Shown here in pieces: positions 44,819-55,369 of a DNA stretch of 64,000 nucleotides. Both the position numbers and the translations under genes were made by a program. The notes under the pieces were generated by a model. It did no database searches. It was not told where the DNA came from and saw only the letters and a list, made by a program, of their open reading frames with translations. The DNA comes from Candidatus Saccharimonadota bacterium (GTDB lineage Bacteria > Patescibacteriota > Saccharimonadia > Saccharimonadales > Saccharimonadaceae): positions 2,179 through 66,178 of the forward strand of contig JAFVCN010000009.1 of the NCBI GenBank assembly GCA_017479205.1. Direction: 5' to 3'. Position 1 is the stretch's first letter; the number at the start of each line of letters is the position of its first letter.

Positions 44819-46123
44819 ATGATTAATCTAAAATTGCATTCCGATATTGATGCTTCAGCTCTTGCTGTTCAAACTAGTTCTGCCGAAAATTTAGTGCCTG
44901 AAATTAGAAGTGATGCAATGGCCGGCTGGTTTACCCTCCCAGAAGACTATGATAAGAAAGAATTTGAACGAATTAAGACTTGCACGAAAAAGATTCAAAG
45001 TGATAGCGACTATTTAGTTTGTATCGGTATTGGTGGTTCTTATCTCGGGCATAGGGCAGTGATTGACGCTCTTAGTTCTCAGATTAAAAGTCGTACAAAA
45101 ATTCTTTATTCAGGAAATAATATTTCGACGATTGAATTTCAGAAGATTTTTGACGAAATCGGCGATAAGGATTTCTCGGTTAACGTAATTTCTAAATCTG
45201 GGACAACAACTGAACCGGCGGTTGCTTTTAGAATTTTTAAGGAAAAGCTATTTGAAAAATATGGCGAGAATGAGGCTTTCTCGAGAATCTATGCGACGAC
45301 TGACGCGGAAACTGGCGCGCTTCATGATGAGTCACTTTATAATCACTATGAGCGATTTGTTGTTCCTGATCCAGTAGGCGGGCGCTACTCGGTTTTAACT
45401 GCAGTAGGGCTACTGCCGTTAGCGGTTGCTGGAGTTGATATTGATGAATTGATGGCTGGCGCAAGAGAGGAAGAGGCGGCGGTCGTGACGGAGCCGATTT
45501 CTAGCACGATTGCGGATTCGATTTTTAAGTATGCTTCGATTCGACATATTTTACGCTCGAGAAATTATGATACGGAAGTATTAGCAAGTTTTGAGCCATG
45601 TATGGAATATTTTGAGAAATGGTGGCAGCAGCTATTTGGCGAGTCGGAAGGAAAGGAAGATAAAGGAATTTTTCCAGCAACTGCAGTTTATACGACCGAT
45701 TTACACTCACTCGGTCAGTATATGCAGCAAGGTCGTCCGAATATCTTTGAAACAATTATTACGTTTGAGAACAATCCAACGCCAAAAAATACAAATCGAG
45801 TTAATGGCGAAATTGTGGTCCCGAAAATGGATAAGGATTTAGATGGATTAGGCTATCTCGAAGATAAAGAGTTAGGATTTATTAATGATAAAGCTGAAGC
45901 TGCAACAATGACTGCGCATTCTGAACATATCCCAGTCATTGAACTTGAATTGCCAGATTTGTCTGAACGAAGTTTAGGAAGCTTAATTTATTTCTTCGAG
46001 CTTGCTTGTGCAATTTCAGCAAAGTTACAACAAGTTAATCCGTTTGATCAGCCTGGCGTAGAAGCTTATAAAAATGAGATGTTTAGACTTTTGAAAAAAC
46101 CTGGTTATTCTAAAAGTGCTTAA
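44819..46123 (+). CDS. pgi: glucose-6-phosphate isomerase
   Basis: Short bacterial-type PGI: VCIGIGGSYLGHRAV, SKSGTTTEP, GRYSVLTAVGLLP, ESEGK. Confidence 0.9.
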   Translation: MINLKLHSDIDASALAVQTSSAENLVPEIRSDAMAGWFTLPEDYDKKEFERIKTCTKKIQSDSDYLVCIGIGGSYLGHRAVIDALSSQIKSRTKILYSGNNISTIEFQKIFDEIGDKDFSVNVISKSGTTTEPAVAFRIFKEKLFEKYGENEAFSRIYATTDAETGALHDESLYNHYERFVVPDPVGGRYSVLTAVGLLPLAVAGVDIDELMAGAREEEAAVVTEPISSTIADSIFKYASIRHILRSRNYDTEVLASFEPCMEYFEKWWQQLFGESEGKEDKGIFPATAVYTTDLHSLGQYMQQGRPNIFETIITFENNPTPKNTNRVNGEIVVPKMDKDLDGLGYLEDKELGFINDKAEAATMTAHSEHIPVIELELPDLSERSLGSLIYFFELACAISAKLQQVNPFDQPGVEAYKNEMFRLLKKPGYSKSA

Positions 46124-46146
46124 ATTGTGATAGAATAATTTCAGAT

Positions 46147-47751
46147 ATGAACAAATTGAATTATGGTGGGCCAGTTGTTCTTGCGGTTTTAGACGGCGTG
46201 GGCTTAAGTAAAAGAGTTGAAGGTAATGCAGTTTTAGCGGCGCATACTGAATTTTTGAATAATGCAATTAGAACACAGAAAACAATGGCGCTTCAAGCGA
46301 GTGGCGAGGCGGTAGGGATTCTACCTGGACAAATGGGTAATTCTGAGGTGGGGCATAACGCGTTGGGCTCCGGGCAGATTATTAAACAGGGAATTGCAAA
46401 AATCGAAGACGAGTTTAATTCTGGTAAAATTTGGGAAAGTACGGCTTGGACTGGAGCGATTGCAAACGTAAAGGCTCAAAATTCAACGTTGCATTTTTCG
46501 GGAATTTTTAGTGATGGTGGCGTTCATAGCGATATAAATCATCTTTTTAAAATGTTACAGCGCGCTAGTGATGAAGGCGTAAAGAGAGTTCGTATTCATT
46601 TAGTTTTAGACGGTCGGGATGTCCATCCTCAGTCAGCTGAAAAATACATTAAGAATCTAGAAGATTTCTTAAAAACTTTAACGGATGACTACGGCAATCC
46701 GCGAGATTATAAAGTTGCTGGGGGTGGCGGACGGATGATTTATGTTGCGGATCGTTATGAAACGGATTGGAGTGTTGTTGAAAGAGGCTGGAACGCGATG
46801 ATTTATGGGAAAGCTGAATACTATTTTGATTCTGCGATTGAAGCTATTTCGCTTTTGAGAGAGAAAAACCCAGAATTGCAAGATCAATATTGTCCACCGT
46901 TTGTGATTACGGAGAATAATATTCCGGTTGGATTAGTCAATGATGGCGATAGTTTTATCTATTATGATTTTCGTGCGGATCGAGCGATTGAGATTGCTCA
47001 AGCGTTTACGTATGAAATGTTTGACGGGTTTAATCGCGGAACTGAAAATAATAGACGATTAGATGTTTTCTTTGCGGGGATGACTGAATATAATTCAGAT
47101 ACCCATGTTCCGCAGTATCGATTAGTTGAGCCAGTTCAGATTCAGGATTCGCTACATGAATTTTTAGGGAAGAATAATATACCACAATTAGCGATAGCTG
47201 AAACTGCTAAATTTGGGCATATAACCTATTATTTTAATGGGAATAGCTATGAAAAATATGATGACGAGGAACAGGTTTGTATAGAATCGGACACTTGTCC
47301 GTATAATGAAAGGCCGTGGATGAAGTCGGCAGAAACGACTGATGCTTTGCTTGAAAAAATTGAAGACTATAAATTTATTCGGATTAACTATGCTGGAGGG
47401 GACATGGTCGGGCATTTTGGCGATATGGAAGCGACAATTACGGCACTTGAAGCGATAGATTTACAGCTTGCGCGTATTGCGAAAAGAGTCGATGAGCTTG
47501 GTGGGATGATGGTTATTACTGCGGATCACGGAAATGCGGAAGAATTGTTAGATGAAAATGGAAAGATTAAAACTTCTCACACGACAAATCTAGTACCATG
47601 TATCTTCTATGATAATACCGATAATCGTGATAAATATGAGCTAAATCGTATTGCTGATGCTGGACTTTCTAATATTGCACCAACTTTAGCGAATTTACTG
47701 GGATTAACAGAACTACCTAAAACTTGGAGAAGTAGTTTAATAAAAAATTAG
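46147..47751 (+). CDS. gpmI: 2,3-bisphosphoglycerate-independent phosphoglycerate mutase
   Basis: VLAVLDGVG, GNSEVGHNALGSG, ITADHGNAE motifs. 534 aa. Confidence 0.93.
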   Translation: MNKLNYGGPVVLAVLDGVGLSKRVEGNAVLAAHTEFLNNAIRTQKTMALQASGEAVGILPGQMGNSEVGHNALGSGQIIKQGIAKIEDEFNSGKIWESTAWTGAIANVKAQNSTLHFSGIFSDGGVHSDINHLFKMLQRASDEGVKRVRIHLVLDGRDVHPQSAEKYIKNLEDFLKTLTDDYGNPRDYKVAGGGGRMIYVADRYETDWSVVERGWNAMIYGKAEYYFDSAIEAISLLREKNPELQDQYCPPFVITENNIPVGLVNDGDSFIYYDFRADRAIEIAQAFTYEMFDGFNRGTENNRRLDVFFAGMTEYNSDTHVPQYRLVEPVQIQDSLHEFLGKNNIPQLAIAETAKFGHITYYFNGNSYEKYDDEEQVCIESDTCPYNERPWMKSAETTDALLEKIEDYKFIRINYAGGDMVGHFGDMEATITALEAIDLQLARIAKRVDELGGMMVITADHGNAEELLDENGKIKTSHTTNLVPCIFYDNTDNRDKYELNRIADAGLSNIAPTLANLLGLTELPKTWRSSLIKN

Positions 47752-47810
47752 ATTGGTCCGATCGGGGCACGTGGTCTTCCGTAACTCCCCGGTTTAACCA
47801 ATCTAATTTT
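47748..47810. terminator. bidirectional clamp-type terminator between gpmI and galU
   Basis: Outer stem TTAGATTGGT/ACCAATCTAA, inner stem TCGGGG/CCCCGG, loop containing CACGTG. A run before, T run after. Confidence 0.6.
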
Positions 47811-47812
47811 CA

Positions 47813-48643
47813 TTAACCTAAAACGACATTATTCGCGTGTAGCCAGCCTTCGACTGTCCCGCCATCAAGGTATTCTCCAGCGGTTCTAGCAACACGAATA
47901 CAACCACCTTTTTCGACAAAAGTAGCGAATGGATCGGTAATCATATACTCCTGATCCTCTGGGCCGAAATTATTATTGTGATAATAATCGACAATTTCTT
48001 TTAAAAGTGATGGAGAGAGAATGTATTTTGAAACTGAAGCGAGTCCAGTAACTTGTTCTGGCGCAGGTTTTTCGGTAATTTTAACAAGGCGTTCATTTTC
48101 AATAGTCAGCGCACCGCCATTTAGGAGCGCTTCGTATGGATGATCAATACCAAGAATTGCACTCTCGTTCTCGTCTTTGACGGCCTTGAGTAAAGATTCT
48201 GCTGAACTTTCTCCTCCTGGATTCCAAATGAAATCATCACCCATAAAACAGAAAACAGGTTCGTTAATATTGTATTCCTCAACGACCATCGCAACTGGAA
48301 CTGCAGTTCCGTAGGCTCCGGCTGGATCCTGAATTGTATAGTGAATTGTAACTCCTTCAGGCAAGGTTTTTGCAAGTTCTAAACGGTCAGATTTTCCGCG
48401 CTCTTCAAGATATTGATTTAGAGCAAGATTATCTTTGTAAAACTCTTGAACTTGGCATGGCTCGACGTTTGAAATAACCATATAAATATCGGTTACTCCA
48501 GCATTAATTAATTCCTGAACGGAATAATCGACTAGAGGTCTATTTCCGACCGGTAGCATTGATTTTTCAATAATTTTTGTAATAGGTAACCTGCGTGTTC
48601 CCCATCCTGCAACAGGAATGATGGCTTTAGTAATCTTTTTCAT
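47813..48643 (-). CDS. galU: UTP--glucose-1-phosphate uridylyltransferase-like sugar nucleotidyltransferase
   Basis: KAIIPVAGWGTRRLPITK...MLPV N-terminal signature of the GalU/GtaB family. Confidence 0.75.
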   Translation of the reverse strand: MKKITKAIIPVAGWGTRRLPITKIIEKSMLPVGNRPLVDYSVQELINAGVTDIYMVISNVEPCQVQEFYKDNLALNQYLEERGKSDRLELAKTLPEGVTIHYTIQDPAGAYGTAVPVAMVVEEYNINEPVFCFMGDDFIWNPGGESSAESLLKAVKDENESAILGIDHPYEALLNGGALTIENERLVKITEKPAPEQVTGLASVSKYILSPSLLKEIVDYYHNNNFGPEDQEYMITDPFATFVEKGGCIRVARTAGEYLDGGTVEGWLHANNVVLG

Positions 48644-48757
48644 AATAACTTAATTATAACACTAGTAATAGTGAAATAAAAACGCTTATGCTACGCTTAT
48701 GTGATATAATATGGTAAACATAAGCGATAAAGAAAAAAGAAAGGAAAACGTCTAAAA

Positions 48758-49714
48758 ATGCTTTGTCCAAATTGTAATACAGAAAACGATGACTCGGCAA
48801 ATTTCTGTACAAATTGCCGCACGCCGCTAAAGGACGCTATGACAACGCCAACTTCGACTCCAGCGGAGCCGGTTAAAGAGGAGCCGGTCGAACAACCTGT
48901 AGCGTCAGCAGTTGAGGCTCCAGTAGAATCAGTAGCAGAACCAGTAAAACCTGCGACTGCTCCAGTTACTCCGACTACAGCGGCTTCTGACAATGTTAAT
49001 TTCTTCGCTTTTATGATTGCTGGTTTATTAAAACCGATGACTGCGCTAAAGGAAAACCTTCCGAAATTTAGTAATATTAAAAACTCAATAATCTTTACAG
49101 TTATTATTACTGTTATTAGTACGATTCTCTCGCTAATTACTGCTATATATACGACAGTTCGCGAACAATCTTGTACTGGCGGACTTTTTTCTGAAAAGAA
49201 ATGTGAATTGAAGTTTGATTTTGAAAATCTAGAAGATTTTAAATGGTTTGAGGTAATCGGCCAGAATCTTTTGACTACTATTGCGTTTATCGCTGTGATC
49301 GCGGGAATTTTCTTTGCACTTTCTCGCGCGTTCAAGAAAAATCAGACTAACTATTTCAAGATGCTAGCGGTGGTGTCATTAGCAGCAGTTCCGATGATTC
49401 TTGCAACTTTTGTCGGCGGATTTATTGGATACATTAATGGCTTAATCGGAATTGTAGTAATCTTGCTCGGTACGATGTACGGTTTTTATATCTTCCACGA
49501 AGGGATTAATGATGAGGTTCAGCTTGAGGGAGATAAGAAGATTTATTACAACATTATTTGTGTTGCACTACTTCTAGTAGCGTTTTATATTTATCTTCGC
49601 TTTATGTTTGGCGAGCTTGCAGATGCAATGTTCTCTGGCGGTTTTAAACTTGGCGGTTTTAGTTCCAGCTCTAGCTCAAGTTACTCTGATTATTCAAAAT
49701 ATCTTGATTTCTAA
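48758..49714 (+). CDS. zinc-ribbon membrane protein
   Basis: N-terminal CPNC...CTNC ribbon, a P/A/E/V-rich linker, about 5 TMs (Yip1-like topology) and a poly-Ser tail. Confidence 0.55.
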   Translation: MLCPNCNTENDDSANFCTNCRTPLKDAMTTPTSTPAEPVKEEPVEQPVASAVEAPVESVAEPVKPATAPVTPTTAASDNVNFFAFMIAGLLKPMTALKENLPKFSNIKNSIIFTVIITVISTILSLITAIYTTVREQSCTGGLFSEKKCELKFDFENLEDFKWFEVIGQNLLTTIAFIAVIAGIFFALSRAFKKNQTNYFKMLAVVSLAAVPMILATFVGGFIGYINGLIGIVVILLGTMYGFYIFHEGINDEVQLEGDKKIYYNIICVALLLVAFYIYLRFMFGELADAMFSGGFKLGGFSSSSSSSYSDYSKYLDF

Positions 49715-49726
49715 GGACATAAGAAG

Positions 49727-52501
49727 ATGGATGGGAATAAGTTTTGCGCAAATTGTGGTAATGATTTAAAAGCAGAAAATAAATTCTGTCCAAAATGTGG
49801 AGCCGACGTTAAGCCGGCTCCAGCTTCGGAGTCTTTGGAAAAAACGGAGGCTCCAGTTGAGAATTTTACCGAAAAAGTAGCAAAAAATAATCCTATACCG
49901 GGCTTTTTAAAGAAAGCAAAAAGCTTTATATTTTCCCATAAAAAACAGTTTATTATCGGCGGTAGTGTCGTCGGTATTTTAATTGTTGGATTAGTTTTAT
50001 TTAATATCCTTTGGGATTTTACAAAAATAGAATGGGATAAAGAATATAGTGATGTTGCAGTTAATATGACTGCGAGTCGAAAAGTAACTTTGAATGTAAA
50101 AGCAGAAGATCGAGAGAAAAATAAAATTTCTGAAATTGAATTCTCTGGGGATGGGGAATTTGAAGTTGATGGCACAAAAGTCATTTGGACAATGCCAAAG
50201 AAAACTGGGACTTATAAAATTTACGCAAAAGCTCCGAGCGGTAAGACGATTGAGAAATCGATTGAATATGTTAGTGTTGATGCTGACAGTAAAATTTTAA
50301 ATGGTGTTATATCTGAAGAAATTGATGATAAAACGACTGATAGTGATGGCGATGGAATTATGAATGCCGAAGAAAAAGAACTTGGAACAAATCCAAATCT
50401 TGCTGATACCGATATGGATGGAATTTTAGATAGTCAGGAGCTAGATGGAACTAATACTGATCCATTAAAAGCCGATACTGATGATGACGGGCTATTAGAT
50501 GGAGATGAAATCGCTTTAGGACTTGATCCGAATAAAGCAGATTCAAAAGGCGATGGAGTAAAAGATAATGAACGCAGTCTTTCTTATAAGATTGAAGAAA
50601 ATGACGTTAATTTAACTATAAATGGCAAAGGAAATATTGCTAGCTCGAGCGTAAATGTGATTAAAAACTCAAACTTTAGCGAGATTGAAGGAATCTCTGA
50701 TGAGATTTATCAGTTCTCAACACAAGGGACTTTAGAAAAAGCTGATGTAACGATTAAATACAATGAAGCGGAACTTCGTAAAAATAATGTTTCGGAAAGA
50801 GATTTAACTCTTTATCGTTTTGATGATGAAAATAAGACTCTTGAAAAAGTCGAAAGTAAGGTTGATGCTGACGCTAATATCCTAACCGCCACGTTAAATC
50901 ATTTTAGTAAATATGTTTTAGGAAATAGCAGTGTCGAGGTTTCTGCTTTATCGGCACAGGTAATGTTTGTAATTGATAATTCAGTTTCAATGTATACTGA
51001 GTCGCAGATTTTAGGGGCTGGTTATGATAGTGTAACTGGTGCGGACGGAAACGACTCGAATTTTAGGCGATTAACTTTGACAAATAATATGATTGATAAG
51101 TTAACTGGAAGTTATAAATTTGGAGTAGCAGAATTCTCTGGAAATTATGTTAATCTTCAAAAATTTGTTGATGATAAAAATTCAGCTAAAAACGCTGTAA
51201 ATAGTATGAAATTAAAATGGAATAGTAACGCGAGTGGGACTAATATCTCGACCGCAATGACACGGGGTATTTCTGAATTCTCTGGAACTGATAAAAATGG
51301 ACATTACATGATTCTTCTAACTGATGGGCAAGACACATCGGATAATTTTAGTGCAGTTAAAAAGTCTATTATTACGGCGGCACAAGAAAAGAATGTAAAA
51401 ATTTGTACGATTGGGCTTGGAGATGAAATTGATACGGAAATTTTAAATGAGATTTCAGAAGCAACTGGCTGTGATTATTATAATGCAAATGATTCTGGCG
51501 CGTTAGATGAGATTTATGCTGTAATTAGCGCTGATATTAACTTTGGATATGTAGATACGGACGATGATAATACTACGGACGGCATGATTTCTGCTGATAG
51601 CGGTTTTATACCTACGCGTGATGGTTTTTCTTTTGGTAACTATGGTACGGAATTGTCGGACGGCGGGCATTGTTATGGGATGGCACTTTTTGCAATGTTA
51701 CGTTTTCAAGGAAAACTTCCGAGCTCGCTTGATTATAGAAATAATCAGGTGCTTTGGGTGTCGTTAAAGGCAGATGGATATAATTTAAAAACCGACTCTT
51801 ATTTTAGAAGCTCGAAGAACTTGTATGATTTTAGATTTACAACTCCTGGACTTAAATTATACTTCCAGGATGATGAACGATCGGCCGACTATCGCGATCG
51901 AGTCGAAGATGATACATGGAGAATTAAGAAGGACTATGTCTCAGATTTAGAAGATTCTGGAGCGAGTATTAAAGTAAAAGAGGTCGGTTATACTTATCAT
52001 GATGATGCGAGCGGTAAAGACTTTACTAAATATGAAAGCGCGACTTTAAATGAGAATGAAACTATTTCAGAGAAAGTTAAACGTGACGAGAGCGATTTAC
52101 TAAAGGCAATTTGGAGATTATTTATCGTTCAAAAGGGAAACGATAAGAGGACGAATTTCGAATCTGATCCAGATAAGGCTTGGATCGAATTAAATTCAGA
52201 GCTTGAAGCAGGTCAGCCTACGTTACTTGTAATTAATAGTAATCACGCGATCAATGCGACAAAAATTATTCAGGATAATAGCGATTCGAATAAGTTTAAG
52301 ATTGGAGTTTATAATAATAATTTTCCAGGAGAGACACAATACATTACCGTTACGCGTACAAAGACTAAAGCAACAATAAATCCGACTAAATGGATATTGA
52401 ATTTAAGTAATAGTTATACCTACGCCTTCGAGTATGATAGTGATGGTGATGGAGAAGTTGAAAAGACTACGGTTTCTCTTGCAAATCCGGTGGTCGAATA
52501 A
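49727..52501 (+). CDS. zinc-ribbon/TM/Ig-like/thrombospondin-type-3 repeat/vWA/Cys-peptidase-like multidomain surface protein
   Basis: CANCG...CPKCG ribbon, one TM, Asp-rich Ca-binding repeats (DSDGDG, DTDMDG, DTDDDG), a vWA MIDAS motif (VIDNSVSM) and C-terminal GGHCYGMA with a downstream NHAINA. Confidence 0.6.
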   Translation: MDGNKFCANCGNDLKAENKFCPKCGADVKPAPASESLEKTEAPVENFTEKVAKNNPIPGFLKKAKSFIFSHKKQFIIGGSVVGILIVGLVLFNILWDFTKIEWDKEYSDVAVNMTASRKVTLNVKAEDREKNKISEIEFSGDGEFEVDGTKVIWTMPKKTGTYKIYAKAPSGKTIEKSIEYVSVDADSKILNGVISEEIDDKTTDSDGDGIMNAEEKELGTNPNLADTDMDGILDSQELDGTNTDPLKADTDDDGLLDGDEIALGLDPNKADSKGDGVKDNERSLSYKIEENDVNLTINGKGNIASSSVNVIKNSNFSEIEGISDEIYQFSTQGTLEKADVTIKYNEAELRKNNVSERDLTLYRFDDENKTLEKVESKVDADANILTATLNHFSKYVLGNSSVEVSALSAQVMFVIDNSVSMYTESQILGAGYDSVTGADGNDSNFRRLTLTNNMIDKLTGSYKFGVAEFSGNYVNLQKFVDDKNSAKNAVNSMKLKWNSNASGTNISTAMTRGISEFSGTDKNGHYMILLTDGQDTSDNFSAVKKSIITAAQEKNVKICTIGLGDEIDTEILNEISEATGCDYYNANDSGALDEIYAVISADINFGYVDTDDDNTTDGMISADSGFIPTRDGFSFGNYGTELSDGGHCYGMALFAMLRFQGKLPSSLDYRNNQVLWVSLKADGYNLKTDSYFRSSKNLYDFRFTTPGLKLYFQDDERSADYRDRVEDDTWRIKKDYVSDLEDSGASIKVKEVGYTYHDDASGKDFTKYESATLNENETISEKVKRDESDLLKAIWRLFIVQKGNDKRTNFESDPDKAWIELNSELEAGQPTLLVINSNHAINATKIIQDNSDSNKFKIGVYNNNFPGETQYITVTRTKTKATINPTKWILNLSNSYTYAFEYDSDGDGEVEKTTVSLANPVVE
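50336..50572 (+). repeat. thrombospondin type-3-like Asp-rich calcium-binding repeats (coding)
   Basis: Repeated D-x-D-x-D-G-(I/L/V) units: DSDGDGI, DTDMDGI, DTDDDGL, SKGDGV. Confidence 0.7.
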
Positions 52502-52513
52502 TATAATAAACTT

Positions 52514-53254
52514 ATGAATTTTTTGATAATGCTAATTTCGGTGGTGGTGACTGCATTACTCAGTATTTCTGGTGGGGTGTTATTGCTTTATGGTAAAGGA
52601 AAAACAGTAAGATTTATCCAGAAAATTGGGCCTGTAATTGCGTTTGCAGTTTTAACGTATGCGGTTTTTGGCGATATTATCCCAGAGATTTTAGAAGAAG
52701 GGGAACTAGAAACGATGACGTTACTAATACTGATTGTTGCAGGGTTTTTCGCAGCGACTTTGATTGGGTTTGTTATGGGTCAGTTCCATCATCATAATGA
52801 TTTACATCATCACGATTCTCGACCGCACACGATCGAAACCCACGGCGACAAACAAATTAAAAATATAACTCAAGCTTATACAATGTTGGCAGTTGATTCG
52901 GTTCATGCGATTGCGGATGGAATTGTGCTTGGAACGGGTTTTATTGCTAGCCCGGCAACGGGTGTTTCGGCTTGTCTGGCGACTGTTGCGCATGAGATTC
53001 CGCAGGAGGTTGGAGATTTTTCGATTATGCAGCGTGCAAAAATTAAAAAGGGAACTATCTTGAAAATGCAGGTTATTTCTAGTCTGGCTTCTGTTCCAGC
53101 AGCAATAATTGCTTATCTAATTGGTAATGTTTTGCTCGAAGCTCTGCCGACTGTTCTGGCAGTGGTTGCAGGATTTCTGCTGTATGTTGCGTTTGGAGAG
53201 TTGGTTTGTATCTTTGAATCGATCCGCTCTAAAATCCCAAAGCAATTGAAATGA
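52514..53254 (+). CDS. ZIP-family divalent metal transporter
   Basis: His-rich loop (HHHNDLHHHDSRPH) and the HEIPQEVGDF signature. Confidence 0.8.
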   Translation: MNFLIMLISVVVTALLSISGGVLLLYGKGKTVRFIQKIGPVIAFAVLTYAVFGDIIPEILEEGELETMTLLILIVAGFFAATLIGFVMGQFHHHNDLHHHDSRPHTIETHGDKQIKNITQAYTMLAVDSVHAIADGIVLGTGFIASPATGVSACLATVAHEIPQEVGDFSIMQRAKIKKGTILKMQVISSLASVPAAIIAYLIGNVLLEALPTVLAVVAGFLLYVAFGELVCIFESIRSKIPKQLK

Positions 53255-53286
53255 TAGATTTTTCTAAAATGTGATACAATAAGCTT

Positions 53287-54330
53287 ATGGAAATTATACT
53301 TCAGATTGTTTTACTGATTGTCGGGTTCGTTATTTTGATTAAAGGTGCTGATATGTTTGTTGATGGTGCTAGCGCGACAGCGGAAAATTTTAAAGTTCCA
53401 AAAATGTTAATCGGATTAACAATTGTAGCTTTCGGGACGAGCGCTCCGGAGTTTGCGGTTTCAGTAAAGTCGTTGATTTCAGGAAATACTGATATGTTAC
53501 TGGGAAACGTTATCGGTTCAAATATCTTAAATATTCTGTTAATTATTGGCGTAGCTGCTATTATTAAGCCGTTAGTAGTTAAGAATAACACCGTGAAGAA
53601 AGAGCTTCCAATCGTAATACTGATGACTTTAATGTTTGTAGCGTTGCTGGCTGATAGCTTCTTCGATCCAAACGTAGCTGCTAGTTTTTCAAGACAGGAT
53701 GGGGTAGTGATTGTTATTGCATTTTTGATTTTTATCTACTATCTAATTCAGATGAACCGTGCGAAGAAAACTACTGAGGAATTAAAGAAAGTCAATAAAA
53801 CGCTTGAGCTACTAGAAGACACAAAAACTGAGCCTGTGAAAAAAGAGGATGAGGTGGATGAGGCGCCGTCGATGAAGCTTGGAAAAGCTCTAATTCTTAC
53901 AGTACTCGGAATTGCTGGGATTGTAATAGGTTCAAATTTTGTGGTTGATTCAGCTAGTAGTGTCGCCTCGATTTTAGGAGTTTCTGCGCGTCTAATTTCA
54001 CTTACGATTGTTGCGCTGGGGACTTCGCTTCCTGAGCTTGTAACTTCAATTGTTGCAACCAGAAAAGGCGAGGTAGACCTTGCGATTGGTAATGTTGTAG
54101 GTTCTAACATCTTTAATATTGGCGTGGTTACGGGAGTCCCAGTTGCAATTCTTGGCGGTATTCCAGAGATTTCATTTAGTCTTGTTGATATTGTGATGGT
54201 TCTAGGCTCGGCATTCTTACTTTATGTTTTTGCGAGAGATGACCGCATTGTTTCACGTCGCGAAGGTATGATTCTATTAATCTTTTTCGTGATATATTAC
54301 GGTTATGTAGTCGTATCAGGTTTAATATAA
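53287..54330 (+). CDS. calcium/sodium antiporter (CaCA family, YrbG-like)
   Basis: Two alpha-repeats: GTSAPEFAVS and GTSLPELVTS. Confidence 0.85.
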   Translation: MEIILQIVLLIVGFVILIKGADMFVDGASATAENFKVPKMLIGLTIVAFGTSAPEFAVSVKSLISGNTDMLLGNVIGSNILNILLIIGVAAIIKPLVVKNNTVKKELPIVILMTLMFVALLADSFFDPNVAASFSRQDGVVIVIAFLIFIYYLIQMNRAKKTTEELKKVNKTLELLEDTKTEPVKKEDEVDEAPSMKLGKALILTVLGIAGIVIGSNFVVDSASSVASILGVSARLISLTIVALGTSLPELVTSIVATRKGEVDLAIGNVVGSNIFNIGVVTGVPVAILGGIPEISFSLVDIVMVLGSAFLLYVFARDDRIVSRREGMILLIFFVIYYGYVVVSGLI

Positions 54331-54355
54331 ATAATACTTGTGTTATACTAAAAGA

Positions 54356-55369
54356 GTGAAAATTAGGGAAAATGTAAATATTTCTGAACTTTCGACGATG
54401 AAAATCGGCGGTATTGCTCGATATGTTTTTGAGATTGAGGATACGACTGAGGTTTTTATGATTATTCCGAAAATGGAGGAAATGGGGATTAAAAAATACT
54501 ATTTTCTCGGCTCTGGAGCGAATACCTTTGCAACGGATGATGGTTTTGATGGTGTAATTATTGTTAATAAAATTCAGGGAATTCAAAAAGAAGACTTGGG
54601 CGATAAGATTAGGTACACAGTTGGCGGAGGTGTAGATTGGGATGAGTTCGTTGATGAAACTGTAAAGAACGGCTTGACTGGGATAGAATGTTTGGCTGGC
54701 ATTCCTGGAACTGTTGGAGCGGCGCCGGTTCAGAATATCGGAGCTTATGGACAAGAAGTAAAAGATTCTATATCGAAAATCTTGGCGCTTGACATGAAAA
54801 AACAACAATTCGTGAGTCTTAGTAGAGAAGAGTGTGATTTTTCTTATCGACATTCAATTTTTAACTCTGGTTTAAGAGGTAGGTATTTTATCTATGCAGT
54901 TGAATTTATTCTAGAAAAGGGAGAAATTCAGGGCGAGCTGTATCGTTCTTTGCAGACATATTTGGATGAAAATAAAATTTCTTCGCGCAGTCCGGAGGTT
55001 TTAGCGGAAGCCGTGCGAGAAGTACGAAATTCAAAGCTCCCAATTGCCGGTGAGGAGGCTAGCTCGGGTAGTTTCTTTAAAAATATTTATGTAAAAGAAG
55101 ACGAAATTGAAGAGCTAGATAAACGCGGAATTCCGCATCATGGTACAAAAATTAATGTAGCATGGTTAATTGAACAGTCTGGTTTAATTGGAAAAACCTT
55201 TCATGGCTTTAGGGTTTCAGAAAAAGCGCCATTAGTATTAATTAATGATTCAGCGAAAAGTTATGAGGAGCTCAAGAAAGCAGTTCAGGAGATTTCGAAA
55301 GTTGTTGAGGAAAAATTTGGTTTTAAGCTAGAACAGGAGCCAAATGTAATAGGAGTGGATAATGACTAA
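54356..55369 (+). CDS. murB: UDP-N-acetylenolpyruvoylglucosamine reductase
   Basis: FAD-binding N-terminus (LSTMKIGG...YFLGSGANT) and the MurB C-terminal domain (GSFFKN). Start is uncertain: GTG 54356 is preferred, and the track uses TTG 54338. Confidence 0.82.
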   Translation: MKIRENVNISELSTMKIGGIARYVFEIEDTTEVFMIIPKMEEMGIKKYYFLGSGANTFATDDGFDGVIIVNKIQGIQKEDLGDKIRYTVGGGVDWDEFVDETVKNGLTGIECLAGIPGTVGAAPVQNIGAYGQEVKDSISKILALDMKKQQFVSLSREECDFSYRHSIFNSGLRGRYFIYAVEFILEKGEIQGELYRSLQTYLDENKISSRSPEVLAEAVREVRNSKLPIAGEEASSGSFFKNIYVKEDEIEELDKRGIPHHGTKINVAWLIEQSGLIGKTFHGFRVSEKAPLVLINDSAKSYEELKKAVQEISKVVEEKFGFKLEQEPNVIGVDND

